A DNA stretch of 49,629 nucleotides from Klebsormidium nitens (taxonomy: Eukaryota > Plantae > Klebsormidiophyceae), in contig DF237583.1 of the NCBI GenBank assembly GCA_000708835.1, positions 1 through 49,629 on the forward strand, read 5' to 3'. A program made the position numbers and the translations under genes. How positions within the stretch are numbered: the first letter of the stretch is position 1; every line of letters begins with the position of its first letter. The notes beneath the pieces are model-generated. The model ran no database searches and had not been told where the DNA came from. It saw nothing but the letters and a program-made list of their open reading frames with translations. Of the stretch, positions 28,778 through 38,918 are shown one piece after another.

Positions 28778-29258
28778 TCTCGTCCTGAGAAGACTCCTCC
28801 TCTTCTTGCGGGGGCGGCTGTTCCCTAAGTGCCGATGTGGCACTGTTGTCGCCTCCTTGACCCTTCTTGGCCCCTCCGCTCCTCCTAAGTGCATGGTTGA
28901 CCTTCACTGCGCGATTGGCCAGGATGAACTCGGCCATCTCCCCAGCCACGGGGTCGTTCGGCTTGCCTTCTCTGCTGGCCAAGAAGCTAGAGATGGCGGT
29001 CTTGATCGAATCTTTTGTGAGCGCCTCTTTGGCCTTTGTGCGATAGAGCTGCACTTTGCCCCCCGCGATATTGCAGGCATCCAACTGATTGGCAGCCATA
29101 AAGTCGCACACGCTCTCTTTCAGCTCCCGCAGTCTCTCGTTGAGAACCTTGATATCCTTTGAGACCTGTGCCTTTTGCTCCGTCAACCTGAGCCACAGTC
29201 GTACATCGGACTTGAACTTGTCCGTGACCTCAACGGTGGCGGGGTTGTTGCTTGCCAT
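28767..29258 (-). CDS. DUF5760-like NCLDV protein
   Basis: FKSDVRLWL...LKESVCDFM..NQLDACNIAGGKV...EALTKDSI. Confidence 0.7.
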   Translation of the reverse strand: MASNNPATVEVTDKFKSDVRLWLRLTEQKAQVSKDIKVLNERLRELKESVCDFMAANQLDACNIAGGKVQLYRTKAKEALTKDSIKTAISSFLASREGKPNDPVAGEMAEFILANRAVKVNHALRRSGGAKKGQGGDNSATSALREQPPPQEEEESSQDENDV

Positions 29259-29469
29259 CTGCTCTTTGATGCCTCTATTGGAGAAAAGCTTCACCCTAAG
29301 TACGTACGCCTCTAGCGAGGGTACCCATCAGGGTCCCTGCCGTGGCCAGGCCATGTACTTGGGGACAAGCTAATCCGTCACTTCGACTCCAGGTATGGAT
29401 CAGACCTACGTTGCCCGTGCAGCTTTGTTACTTACCATAGGACGGCCTACCTACTGCTTGTGGAGGTGC

Positions 29470-29805
29470 TCAAAACATTGCTCCAGATGGGGGCCCACGC
29501 CGACCCGGTAAAACCCTGAAATGGGACCGCCCCACAACATTCTTGACCATGGCAGGATTAGAAAGGAGCTGTTCCTGTTTCTCGAGGGAGACAATGACGT
29601 GCTCGGTCAACCTCCTACCTGTGGCACCTCTCTTTAGCCCCAGATTGTCCCTCATAAGCTTGCCACCCCTGGTCATCAAAGCACGTCCCTTCCAAACATC
29701 AACACGTGTTCCGTAAACAGGGTAGCGAGCGATGCGTTTCTTCACTTCCCAGGCTGTGCCAAACTCCTTCTCAAAGCTTCCTTCACGCTCACGAACGTGT
29801 GCCAT
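29470..29805 (-). CDS. DVNP-like (dinoflagellate/viral nucleoprotein)
   Basis: YGTRVDVWKGRALMTRGGKLMRDNL...IVS resembles the DVNP consensus GSRAQVWHGTAxKTSGGLxKxDL...IVS. Confidence 0.7.
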   Translation of the reverse strand: MAHVREREGSFEKEFGTAWEVKKRIARYPVYGTRVDVWKGRALMTRGGKLMRDNLGLKRGATGRRLTEHVIVSLEKQEQLLSNPAMVKNVVGRSHFRVLPGRRGPPSGAMF

Positions 29806-29878
29806 TGTGTTGTAGCATAGGCGCAGAAAAAGACTCTTCGGCTTCCCGGCCAAGAGTCCGGTGTGAAGCGGACAGCGT

Positions 29879-30367
29879 TCATAGCTTGTACCAACGATAC
29901 ACGTCTGCTCTTCCGCTGTGCCTCGAGATGTATGGCAGTCCGTCATTACCAAGCATGACGACACCTCGACACTTGTTTCCAGGATAGGGTGGCCCTGGCC
30001 GCGAACCATACTTTTTCAAATGGCTCATGTCGATGCATCCGCTAGGCAGCTTTGTCAGGTTCGTGAAAGCAACGCCACCTGGTGCTGGAGATTTCGGACG
30101 ACGAGTTGCCCGTGTTGGCACAACAACGGGTACAACTGGCACATGCACAGCGGCCCCACGCGTTCCCTGCCTTGGCCTCCTCGCTTGTGTTCTCCCAGCA
30201 GGAGAACGTCTAGCAGGAGCTGCAGGGACGACGACCGGCATGACGACCGGGGTTGGAATCGCTGGCATGTGTCTCCAGCAGAACGTTTGGCCCCGTGCAA
30301 CGCACGCCTTGCATCTCGTGTTTGCACGTGTGTAGCCCGCACAAACGCCGACGCGACACCTTACCAT
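29879..30367 (-). CDS. Basic NCLDV-type protein, possible core/DNA-binding
   Basis: CAGYT....RC.....FCWRH knuckle; C-terminal KKYGSRPGPPYPGNKC.....GNDG..Y.S....YRW. Confidence 0.7.
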   Translation of the reverse strand: MVRCRVGVCAGYTRANTRCKACVARGQTFCWRHMPAIPTPVVMPVVVPAAPARRSPAGRTQARRPRQGTRGAAVHVPVVPVVVPTRATRRPKSPAPGGVAFTNLTKLPSGCIDMSHLKKYGSRPGPPYPGNKCRGVVMLGNDGLPYISRHSGRADVYRWYKL

Positions 30368-30431
30368 GATGTACTAAACTTCAAACAAAATAAGCTGACC
30401 GCTCATGAAATCCAATGCCGAGTTTTTAGAA

Positions 30432-30582
30432 TTAGGGTTTTGAATATTCATATTCTGCAAGGTGAGAGGATTTTACGGTTTTAGGGTTTTAGGGTTTGCA
30501 GAGGGGACAGCAAGGAGACAGCTAGGGTTGTAGGGTTTTAGGGTTTCATGGTTTTGGGCTTTTAAGGTTTTAGGGTTTAGAA
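30432..30582 (+). repeat. Degenerate interstitial telomere-type (TTTTAGGG)n repeats
   Basis: Several TTTTAGGG units plus variants (TTGTAGGG, TTTTGGG, TTTTAAGG); G-rich strand on +. Confidence 0.85.
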
Positions 30583-31430
30583 TTTCAGGGGGGCAGCAAN
30601 NNNNNNNNNNNNNNNNNNNNNNNNNNNNNNNNNNNNNNNNNNNNNNNNNNNNNNNNNNNNNNNNNNNNNNNNNNNNNNNNNNNNNNNNNNNNNNNNNNNN
30701 NNNNNNNNNNNNNNNNNNNNNNNNNNNNNNNNNNNNNNNNNNNNNNNNNNNNNNNNNNNNNNNNNNNNNNNNNNNNNNNNNNNNNNNNNNNNNNNNNNNN
30801 NNNNNNNNNNNNNNNNNNNNNNNNNNNNNNNNNNNNNNNNNNNNNNNNNNNNNNNNNNNNNNNNNNNNNNNNNNNNNNNNNNNNNNNNNNNNNNNNNNNN
30901 NNNNNNNNNNNNNNNNNNNNNNNNNNNNNNNNNNNNNNNNNNNNNNNNNNNNNNNNNNNNNNNNNNNNNNNNNNNNNNNNNNNNNNNNNNNNNNNNNNNN
31001 NNNNNNNNNNNNNNNNNNNNNNNNNNNNNNNNNNNNNNNNNNNNNNNNNNNNNNNNNNNNNNNNNNNNNNNNACAGCAAGGGGACAGCAGGGGACAGCAA
31101 TGGGGTCAGCAAGGGGTACAGCGGATCATCAAGATCATCCCCTACATGATGCGACCATAGCACGGAGGCGCAGGTGATTTCGACCCCCTCCTATATTGAA
31201 GAAAGTGGTGTCTCAATTTTGGACATACTTTTGAAAGTTGTGCTCCATCTGCGCATCGTTGCAAGGCCGCAGTTAATCATAAATTCTGTCCCTGTCTCTG
31301 TCTCTGTCTCTTGGTGGTATGGTTTAATTACAGAGGTCATCGCAATCTGCTACAAAATCATCCTCTCCATGATGCGACGATAAACGGACGGGGGACAGCG
31401 ACTGGGGACAGCAGGGGACAGCAGAGCCTT
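30503..31430 (+). repeat. GGGGACAGCA-type satellite on both sides of the gap
   Basis: Copies at about 30503-30525, 30588-30599, 31073-31120 and 31391-31424. Confidence 0.8.
30600..31072. other. Assembly gap
   Basis: Run of N. Confidence 1.
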
Positions 31431-32157
31431 ACAATGAAACCGTGAACGCCCGAATACCCTTCAACCCTTACAGCGTGGTTGCACACTTTGAATCAGCAGA
31501 TACATCAGTAAGTGCATGAATGTACAATGTTATTTCCGCTTCAACCCTGGAGTGTCTTTACACTAACCGGCTCTTGCTATCCATGCACTCGGCATGTCCT
31601 TTCCTCTAAGTTGGCATCCTTTCTTAATTACGTCCCAGACAGTCTTGCCGTACACTCTCTTTCGTTTCTTCGGACCAGTCGGCACGTCAAGAGCCCATCG
31701 ATCTGACTTCCCTTTCCGTTTGTGTATGAAGGGTCTGTTTATCCCCAAGTCGTGCCAGAGAGGATCTTCGGCCTCCGGGCCATCGTCTGGCCACACCTAC
31801 ATTACAAAGTTACATACATTCTGGTCAGAGTAAAAGCCTTATAACGTTTAGAAACGGCAGTTGGCAAACAAAGTCACACAGCGTGCAGGCTGCAGGAGCA
31901 ATTCTGCTACAGCAGATAACAAAGTGAGCAAACTGTGAATATCATACCAGGGTGAGTAGCTTCTGGCGCTTGCCAGGTCGATCGCCCGAATCTTCCGAGG
32001 ACAGCCCCATGGGGGCCGTGGCAGCAGGCACTGAAGCTGGAGGGCTGCCTGCAGCAGATGGTGAGACTTCAAAAGATGGGGAACAAGACCGTGCAAATGC
32101 CAAGCACTATTTTCAAGCTCATGCAGCCTTACTTGCCGGAAAGGAGGTTAAAATTTG

Positions 32158-34434
32158 TCAGGAAAGGGAGGATGGAAACGAACCTGGAGAGCTCGGAGCT
32201 TGGTGAGTGGGAAGGACCAGGCAAGGGCTGGAAAGGGGATCATTATAGAGAACTGGTCCGGAACTCCGGCTGGCAGTGGGTTCGACAGCAGGGAACAGGA
32301 CGGGAGCGTTTGGGGGAAGCCACGCAGAAGGGCCGGAGTCCGCAGGAGAGGGGGAAACAGGAGGGCTAACTCGAACGGCGGGGGTTGCGGGCGGAGCAGG
32401 GAGGGTGGATGTCGAGGGGCTGCTGTGGAAAAGGCTGAGGAGATCCGCTGCAGCCTGTGCAGTGTCCCTCGATCCCCTCCGCTTCTCCGCAAGCAGCTTC
32501 TCGAGCTCAGGTTCTCGTCCCTGGAACAGCTTGAAGACAGGTGGTGGCAGCAGCCCCAGAACCGGGAGCAGTCCCTGGGCTGCAGCACGTTCTGCCGCAG
32601 CCTCCGCACCGGCCGTATACACCCGTTCCGCCAGCTCCCCGGTTAAGCCCTTCGCCCCAACCGAAAGCTTGCCATCCGCAGACAGTTTGAGAACTCCTCC
32701 GAGGCCAGGCGCCTCCAGGCAATCCCTAAAGACCAGGTTTCCAGGCGGGGGTTCCGAGCTCTTCAGCTCCGCCAGCTCCCCATCGGACGCTCCGATGCCC
32801 TCCCGGCAACAGGATTCGCAAGGTGAAGGGGCCACGAGCTGAAGGGCTTTCCGGAGCCGCTCAAGCTCCGGGTAGACCAGGATTCCCAACTTTTCCTTGT
32901 CATCCAGAACGCCTTCCTCGAGGCACTTGAGGCACCCCACATACGAGCCCTCGACCTTGACAGCAGCAAGGCATGTGTCACCTCCGCAGATCAAGCACGG
33001 TGCTGGCAGCCCCACGGAGCTCAACCAGCTGCTGTATTTCGGACCCCTTTCTTTGGGAGGGTAGCGGTGGGCGGACTCGTCATCGGATGGGAATGACTTT
33101 TGGAGGCTGGTCTCGTGCAGTGTTTTGTTGATGTCCCCGAGGAGCTTCCAGAGGTAGTCCACGGCATGCGAGCAGACCCCAGCACGCTTCTGCTCGGATT
33201 CGAGGAAGTCGACCGCAAGCCTGAGTACGGGCACCTGGTCGCGGCCCACTTTGGGATTTTGCAATGTGACCTGGCGCAGGTAGTCAGCAGCTGTAAGATA
33301 CCGGAAGAGGCTCCTAGGAACCGGGAAATTGACCGCGTAGGCTTTGTTGAACCCGGAGTTGCGCACCTGCATGTGCAACAGCACAGCATCAGCAACAGCA
33401 GCATTCACAGCACTGTCCAGCGGCGTCCTTTGCTTTCAGCAGCAGCATAAATAGCAAGCTCACACTTTATCCTCCTCAATATCGCCATGCAGCAGAGTCA
33501 ACTGTTGAAAGCTGGTGACTAGTCTCAACCCTACTTCAGCGGCATTCACAGCACGGTCAAGCAGCACTTTTTGACCATTCTCGCAAAGAGTGAGTGCTAT
33601 CAAGCAGTCAAGAGAGCTTGCCTGGTGGAACCCTGTTGTGACAACGAACCAGCCGGGTAATTGGGTCGCTGTGTAGTAGGTCACCCCAAGCAGATCCAGG
33701 AGGCGTGTTGGCAGGACCAGCTTCTTGTTGAAAAAGTCATTGAGCAGGGACATGCGCCTGAAGTAGCCCAAGACAGTAGCAGACCATAGTCCAGGAAGGA
33801 TGAGCCACTGCTTAGCGTCCCCTTCAAACAGGTAGTTCAGGCTCTCAAGCTGGGCATCCTCAGTATGGAAGGCGGCAATGGTATTCCTGTAGCCAACATA
33901 GAACATTCCCACCGTGATCCCAATCAGAACGTACGCAAAGTGAAAGAGAAACCTGAGATTGTCAACAAAGAGCTGCCCTACGCTCTTGCCCGCTTTCTTG
34001 CCTGCTCCCGCAGTTTTGCCCTCTGAGTCTGATGCATACCATGTTGCCTGAGGCAAGTGACCTTCCCCTTGCTCTCCAATCTTCTGGTAAAATGTGAGGC
34101 CATCCTCCACTGCCTCAGCAAGCGACTCTGCACTATCCAGCCCCGTGTCATGCTGCTCTTGATAGTGCTTGAGGGACTCTTGTCGCACCTTGCCTTTTGT
34201 CAGGAATCTAAGCTCGCTGTGCTTGCTGTCAAGGGTCAATTTCTGGGCTTGCAAGTCGAGTTGCGTGCTAGGGTTTATACTTTCAAGCTTGCAGCCTGTG
34301 AATGTCAGCAGCCCGCCACCATAGGGTGCTACCAGAGGGACGACAACGTTATTGCAGAGCCTGTCAACCCCCCCTGCAAGCGCAACGGCAGCAGCACTGA
34401 TCTCAATCCTTGGCACCTCTCCGCCCCAACCCAT
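32158..34434 (-). CDS. Spliced JmjN/JmjC (KDM4/KDM5-like) histone demethylase-like protein; predicted GC-AG intron 33367-33621
   Basis: Exon 1: PLVAPYGGGLL (JmjN-like), WYASDSEG, GITVGMFYVG....AFHTED....LNYLFEG..KQW, GFHQ. Exon 2 resumes VRNSGFNKAYAVNF. CAG|GCAAGC and TGCAG|GTG join in phase 0. The 3' exon structure is uncertain. Confidence 0.8.
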
Positions 34435-34731
34435 TGCGCCCAGATGCTTGCTACTTTTGACCCTTCAAGTAGCTTTGGCATTATTCTCAGCCTTGCTCGG
34501 TACCAACCGCGTCACTTTCGGGCTGAACCGGCAAGGTCCAATCGACGACTCCGGAGTAAACTGCGTATATACGCAGTTTGGGTCACAGCCGTCGATCTGC
34601 TTACTTTCACTGGTGACCTCTACACCAAACTCGGTGTTTCGCGCCGATCTCGTTGCCAGCACTTCCAACTGTGTTGAGCTAACGCCGGGCACAGTTCCCG
34701 CTTAAACGCGAAACAGGACAAACCGTACGCA

Positions 34732-35943
34732 ATGGGGAGGAAGAGGGCGTATGACGTGCGCCTGTTGGTAGGGAATGAGGACTGGACAGGCACGGGGCCG
34801 CTTTGGTCCAGCCACACCGACCCTTACAGCTCAGTCGACATACGCTCTGATTCGACACGCAGCATTGCTGCAGAATGTAGGCAGCGGTTGCAGGAGCAGG
34901 GGGTCAATTTGGGTGTGAGCTGCGAGCTGATCGAGGCTGACCTTGCTGCGGCGCTTCCAACAGATGCAATCCTGCGGGCTTTTCGCAAATGGGGCAGCCC
35001 ACTGCACCTGGTTCACAGCAGCGCGCACCCGCCCCGGGCATTCTGGTTACCGCCTCAGCTCAGATCACTGGCCACCAACGAGCGGGGACCCATCCCACGG
35101 CAGGCAGAGTCAGAGAGATGGTTGCAGCGCTTTGTTGTGGAGCAGGTTTACGAGGGGAAGGTCACAAAAGATGCGAGCAGATGCAGGGAGCTCGCTGCGG
35201 GGTTCGAGAGGCTCACGGGGGCTGTGAAGGGTCTGCAGGGGCTGCCAGTGCAAGAAGCCCGCGCGCATGCCTTGGAGAACTGCTTGAGTAGGCTCACAGA
35301 GTGCAGCCTCCGGGAAAGTGAGCTCGCAGAGAGGCTTGTCAGGCTATTGCGCGACATGGACCAGCGGCAGGAACGGCAGGCTGCTGCTGTAGCAAAGAGC
35401 AAGGAGCAGCTGCGAGTGGAGCGGGAGAAGAGGCAAGAACAGAGCAGAGCTGTGCAGCAGCTGAGGGCAGAGAAGCGGGATCTGGCAGAGGAGTTGAAGC
35501 GGCTGCGGGTCGGTGGGGGGCGCTTGGACCGGGCAAAGCGCGGGCGGATGCCGGAGAATAAGCGGCTGCAGGTCGGGCAGGAGTTTGTGTGGCCGAGCAA
35601 GAGCTTTGCGTCCAAGCTCGATGCTGCGATGCGGGAGCACATGCAGGAGGAGCGCGAGCTGTGCAGGCCGCGGAGGTTCAAGCTTGCCAAATCAGAGCAC
35701 GTGGCGTACGTTGCTGAGGGAGACAAACGGAGGGCAGTGAGCCTGGGCCTGGGGCTGGTCGCACGCGAGCCCTTGCGAGTCAACATATCACCAATCGGAA
35801 ACCACAGGGAAAACTCTGTACTGCTAATCTGTTATATTCTCTTCTCCAAAAAATCAATTACTATATTGCATCTTTTTCAGGTATGGCCTTATATACATAC
35901 ATATTGGCAACTGGAAACCAAATGGAAAACTCTGTACTACTAA
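34732..35943 (+). CDS. Coiled-coil hypothetical protein, divergent from the JmjC gene; 3' end runs into the repeat array
   Basis: Long open frame with an E/R/Q heptad region; the last ~45 codons are repeat-derived. Confidence 0.45.
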   Translation: MGRKRAYDVRLLVGNEDWTGTGPLWSSHTDPYSSVDIRSDSTRSIAAECRQRLQEQGVNLGVSCELIEADLAAALPTDAILRAFRKWGSPLHLVHSSAHPPRAFWLPPQLRSLATNERGPIPRQAESERWLQRFVVEQVYEGKVTKDASRCRELAAGFERLTGAVKGLQGLPVQEARAHALENCLSRLTECSLRESELAERLVRLLRDMDQRQERQAAAVAKSKEQLRVEREKRQEQSRAVQQLRAEKRDLAEELKRLRVGGGRLDRAKRGRMPENKRLQVGQEFVWPSKSFASKLDAAMREHMQEERELCRPRRFKLAKSEHVAYVAEGDKRRAVSLGLGLVAREPLRVNISPIGNHRENSVLLICYILFSKKSITILHLFQVWPYIHTYWQLETKWKTLYY

Positions 35944-36680
35944 TCTGTTATAATTCCTTCCCTGGGGAAGAAAGAAAATATAACAGATTGTAGTACGAAA
36001 GTTTGGGATTCCCACAGGCTTGCTGATATGTATGTATGTAGGGTCCCTCCTGTAAAATACAAGGAAAAGAGAGCGGGATGGGCGACTCACCTGCTCGCTT
36101 TCACCCCATCAGGCCGTTCCCCATGACTTAAGCCCCCAGTGGATGTGCCGTGTGTCTGCACAAGTCTGAGGCCACTTCAACACCCAAGTAGCATCGTGCA
36201 GGGCATGGCCTTACATACATACATATTGGCAACTGACAACCAAAAGGAAAACTCTGTACTACTAATCTGTTATATTCTCTTCTCCAAAAAGTCAATTACT
36301 ATATTGCATCTTTTGAGGGTATGGCCTTACATACATACATATCGCCAAAAGGAACCCAAAGGGAAAACTCTGTACTACTAATCTGTTATATTCTCTTCTC
36401 CAAAAAGTCGATTACTATATTGCATCTTGTTCAGGTATGGCCTTACATACATACATATCAGCAAATGGAAGTCAAAGGGGAAACTCTCTACTACTAATCT
36501 GTTATAATTCCTTCCCTGGAGAAGAAAGAAAATATAACAGATTGTAGTATGAGAGTCTTGGACAGCCCAGAAGCTTGCTGATATGTATGTATGTAAGGTC
36601 CCTCCTGTGGAAGACAACAAAAAGAGAGCGGGATGAGTGACTCACCTGCTCGCCCCCGCTCCTTCGGGCCGTTTCCCTTA
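35808..36680. repeat. ~117-bp AT-rich tandem repeats with two long imperfect hairpins
   Basis: GGAAAACTCTGTACTACTAATCTGTTAT (1-2 mismatches allowed) at ~35808, 35924, 36246, 36362, 36478; CATACATACAT motif; inverted copies centred near 35963 and 36517. Confidence 0.9.
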
Positions 36681-36948
36681 CCCTTAAGCCCCTGATGGCT
36701 GCCCGCTGCCCGCCCCCACTCCTTCGGGCTGGTTCCATTGGCCCTAAGCCCCTGAGAGATGCCCGCCGTCCTCCCCAGCCAGTCCACCGTGCTGATGCCG
36801 TCCCAGGCCCGGCCGTCCTAAGTACCGGCTCCTTGCAAAGTCCGGGTAAGATATGCAGAACCATGCATGAGGCAGACAGACATCTGCACATGATGTTGCG
36901 TGCTGTGCAAACAAAAGGTGGAGGTAATGGTGCGTGTCTTGTTACACC

Positions 36949-37135
36949 TCAAGCGGACACGTTGTTGCGGCGCTTGTCCAGTCCGTATCGATCCAAAGCT
37001 TGATTGTATGCCCTGGCTGCATCCTCTTCTTCCCCACCGAAACTTCTCGACGCTCTCGCGGTCGCACTCGCTGATGAGGGCCTCAGCGACAAGGTTCTGC
37101 TCTCGGTCTCGAAGGGGGATCTTGCAGACTGCCAT
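36949..37135 (-). pseudogene. Internally deleted HNH/AP2-type endonuclease remnant
   Basis: MAVCKIPLRD....EALISECDRESVEKFRW N-terminus joined out of frame to EEDAARAYNQA..RYG....RNN (AP2 C-terminus). Confidence 0.55.
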
Positions 37136-37277
37136 TTGCTTTACGTGCCCTTTCTGTTGAGCTCGTTGCCCCTAAGCTTGGAACGGGAGGCATCTTCACT
37201 CGTCCTTCCCAGCTGTTTTATGTTTCACTCGTCCTTCCCAGCTGTTTTAAGTTCCTTAAGGCTATTCGAAGGAGTAC

Positions 37278-37694
37278 TTAAGGGCAGTCCAGCGGTTTTC
37301 GGAACGGATCCCCCACGATCGTGCTGTTGTTCCATGGCGACAGATTAGCGATTCGCGGCACGACAGGTTCGCTCCGTAAACCATAATTCGAATTCCTGTT
37401 GGTCCCATTTATTGAGCTGAGGCCCACAAACTGCGCAGGACTTAAGAACGACTGCCCCTCGAGGCCGCGGGTGGGGGGCTTGAACTCACCGTACGAAAGC
37501 TGGGGCCTTTCTTCTGATGGCAGCAGCTTGCTGTCAACGGGGAGGATCGACATGGCACCCAGTGTGGAGTTGCTTGGCAGCTTGTCCGCAGGAATGTAAT
37601 CTGTGAATCTCTCCCGTGTCTTGCCCGTGCAGCGCGCCAGGATTAGGACAAGCCCAATTGCCAGCGCAGCCTTGAGCATGAGGTCAGTCTCCAT
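37278..37694 (-). CDS. Minor capsid protein P11-like
   Basis: N-terminal TM; C-terminal NSNYGLRSEP..P....SPWNNSTI..DPFRKPL. Confidence 0.8.
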   Translation of the reverse strand: METDLMLKAALAIGLVLILARCTGKTRERFTDYIPADKLPSNSTLGAMSILPVDSKLLPSEERPQLSYGEFKPPTRGLEGQSFLSPAQFVGLSSINGTNRNSNYGLRSEPVVPRIANLSPWNNSTIVGDPFRKPLDCP

Positions 37695-37749
37695 GCGTGA
37701 TCTCCTATACCAAGCAAAAAGAAAAATTCAGGGTGCCATTGCAACCGCC

Positions 37750-37974
37750 CTAGGCATAATCTGCATAAACCCGCTCGCCATCAGTGCTTGGGAGAAATTC
37801 CACGGAAGGGCCTCCAGAGGGAGAGACAAACGCTTGCACGCCCTCATCAGAGCCAGTGAGTGGGACCTGGAAGGTTACCTCCTTGCGCGGGCTCGGGGTG
37901 GGCCTTTGGAAGAAGAGCAGGAAGATCACGATGGCAGCTCCAATGATGAGCGCCGCCTTCACGGTGTTCTCCAT
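37750..37974 (-). CDS. Small N-anchored membrane protein
   Basis: MENTVKAALIIGAAIVIFLLFF. Confidence 0.7.
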   Translation of the reverse strand: MENTVKAALIIGAAIVIFLLFFQRPTPSPRKEVTFQVPLTGSDEGVQAFVSPSGGPSVEFLPSTDGERVYADYA

Positions 37975-38007
37975 GGTTGTTGATATCGTTCTGCGAGGAA
38001 ATTTTGT

Positions 38008-38172
38008 TTACTGATACTCGTCCTCAAACCCCTCCTGCCCAGTGAAGCCCTCTTCCTCTTGGTAGTATTCGTCGTACCGTTCTCTTCTCGTCGGACAGTG
38101 CACAAAGAACACGAGAAAGACGACAAAGGCTGCAAGTCCGAGTTTCACGGCAGTCTCCTTCTCCATGAGCAT
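38008..38172 (-). CDS. Small N-anchored membrane protein (54 aa, absent from the ORF track)
   Basis: My translation: MLMEKETAVKLGLAAFVVFLVFFVHCPTRRERYDEYYQEEEGFTGQEGFEDEYQ*. Confidence 0.65.
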   Translation of the reverse strand: MLMEKETAVKLGLAAFVVFLVFFVHCPTRRERYDEYYQEEEGFTGQEGFEDEYQ

Positions 38173-38192
38173 AGTAGTAAGTCCAGAGAAAA

Positions 38193-38918
38193 TTATGCCA
38201 CCTCATCGTCGTCCTCCTCAACCTCAAAGACGTTGACGCCCTTCTCGATGCGGTCCCCTTCGGCGTTGTCCTTCTGGGGCGCATCGGGCAGGACCCGCAG
38301 CTGGCTCAGCTTCCAGATGCAGACGGCGAGGCCATTGCGCTTGGCCACCTTCACCCCTGCCAGCTCTGCAATAAACTGCACCCGCACGTCCTCCAGGTCT
38401 GCAGCGTCCTTGCCCTCGGTGTTGAAGAGGCCCTCGTCGAAAAAGTCTTCGGTGCTGAGGCGGAAGGCGGGCATGGAGGCCTTCTTCGCCTTCTGCAGGG
38501 TCATGAGGGAGCTCTTGAGGAGGCGCTTTGCGCTCTCCCCCTCGGTCTCACGGTCGATGTTGCGCGAGAGGAACTCGACCACCTTGTGCTCGATGGCCTC
38601 GATCTTCCTCACAAACTCACGGCTCTGCTTCGAAGACGTCTCCCACAGGTCAAAGTCGACATACTTTTGCGTCTCACCATCCACAGTCAGGGGTGACCTG
38701 AGGGTACATGCGGCAGATTGCAGGTATATCGTCTTCTTCCTATCACCCTCGCGATACTTTACCTTGATCAGGTCCTTTGCAGTGCCTCTCGCATCAAAGG
38801 TCAAGGCATTCTCATCCAGATCATTCTTGTAGCGCAGGATGACATAGTTGCGCTCCCCAGAGGTGCTGGGGCTGGGGGCACTGGAGGCCTGAGTTGCAGT
38901 GGAGACAGCTGATGCCAT
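38193..38918 (-). CDS. DUF2738-like ssDNA-binding protein paralogue
   Basis: TIYLQSAACTL, FVRKIEAIEHKVV, SSLM..., IWKLSQLRV; acidic tail. Confidence 0.6.
   Translation of the reverse strand: MASAVSTATQASSAPSPSTSGERNYVILRYKNDLDENALTFDARGTAKDLIKVKYREGDRKKTIYLQSAACTLRSPLTVDGETQKYVDFDLWETSSKQSREFVRKIEAIEHKVVEFLSRNIDRETEGESAKRLLKSSLMTLQKAKKASMPAFRLSTEDFFDEGLFNTEGKDAADLEDVRVQFIAELAGVKVAKRNGLAVCIWKLSQLRVLPDAPQKDNAEGDRIEKGVNVFEVEEDDDEVA

Noticed and set aside
31563-31796. Terminal exon of the JmjC gene
   Set aside because: A plausible acceptor (TGTAG|GTG) exists, but I could not identify a matching donor with confidence.
35808-36600. CRISPR array
   Set aside because: The intervening sequences are diverged copies of each other, the units are ~117 bp with inverted copies, and there are no cas genes.
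30400-36950. TIRs, TSD or Helitron ends delimiting the JmjC segment
   Set aside because: No matching terminal repeats, target duplication or hairpin-CTRR end could be located.
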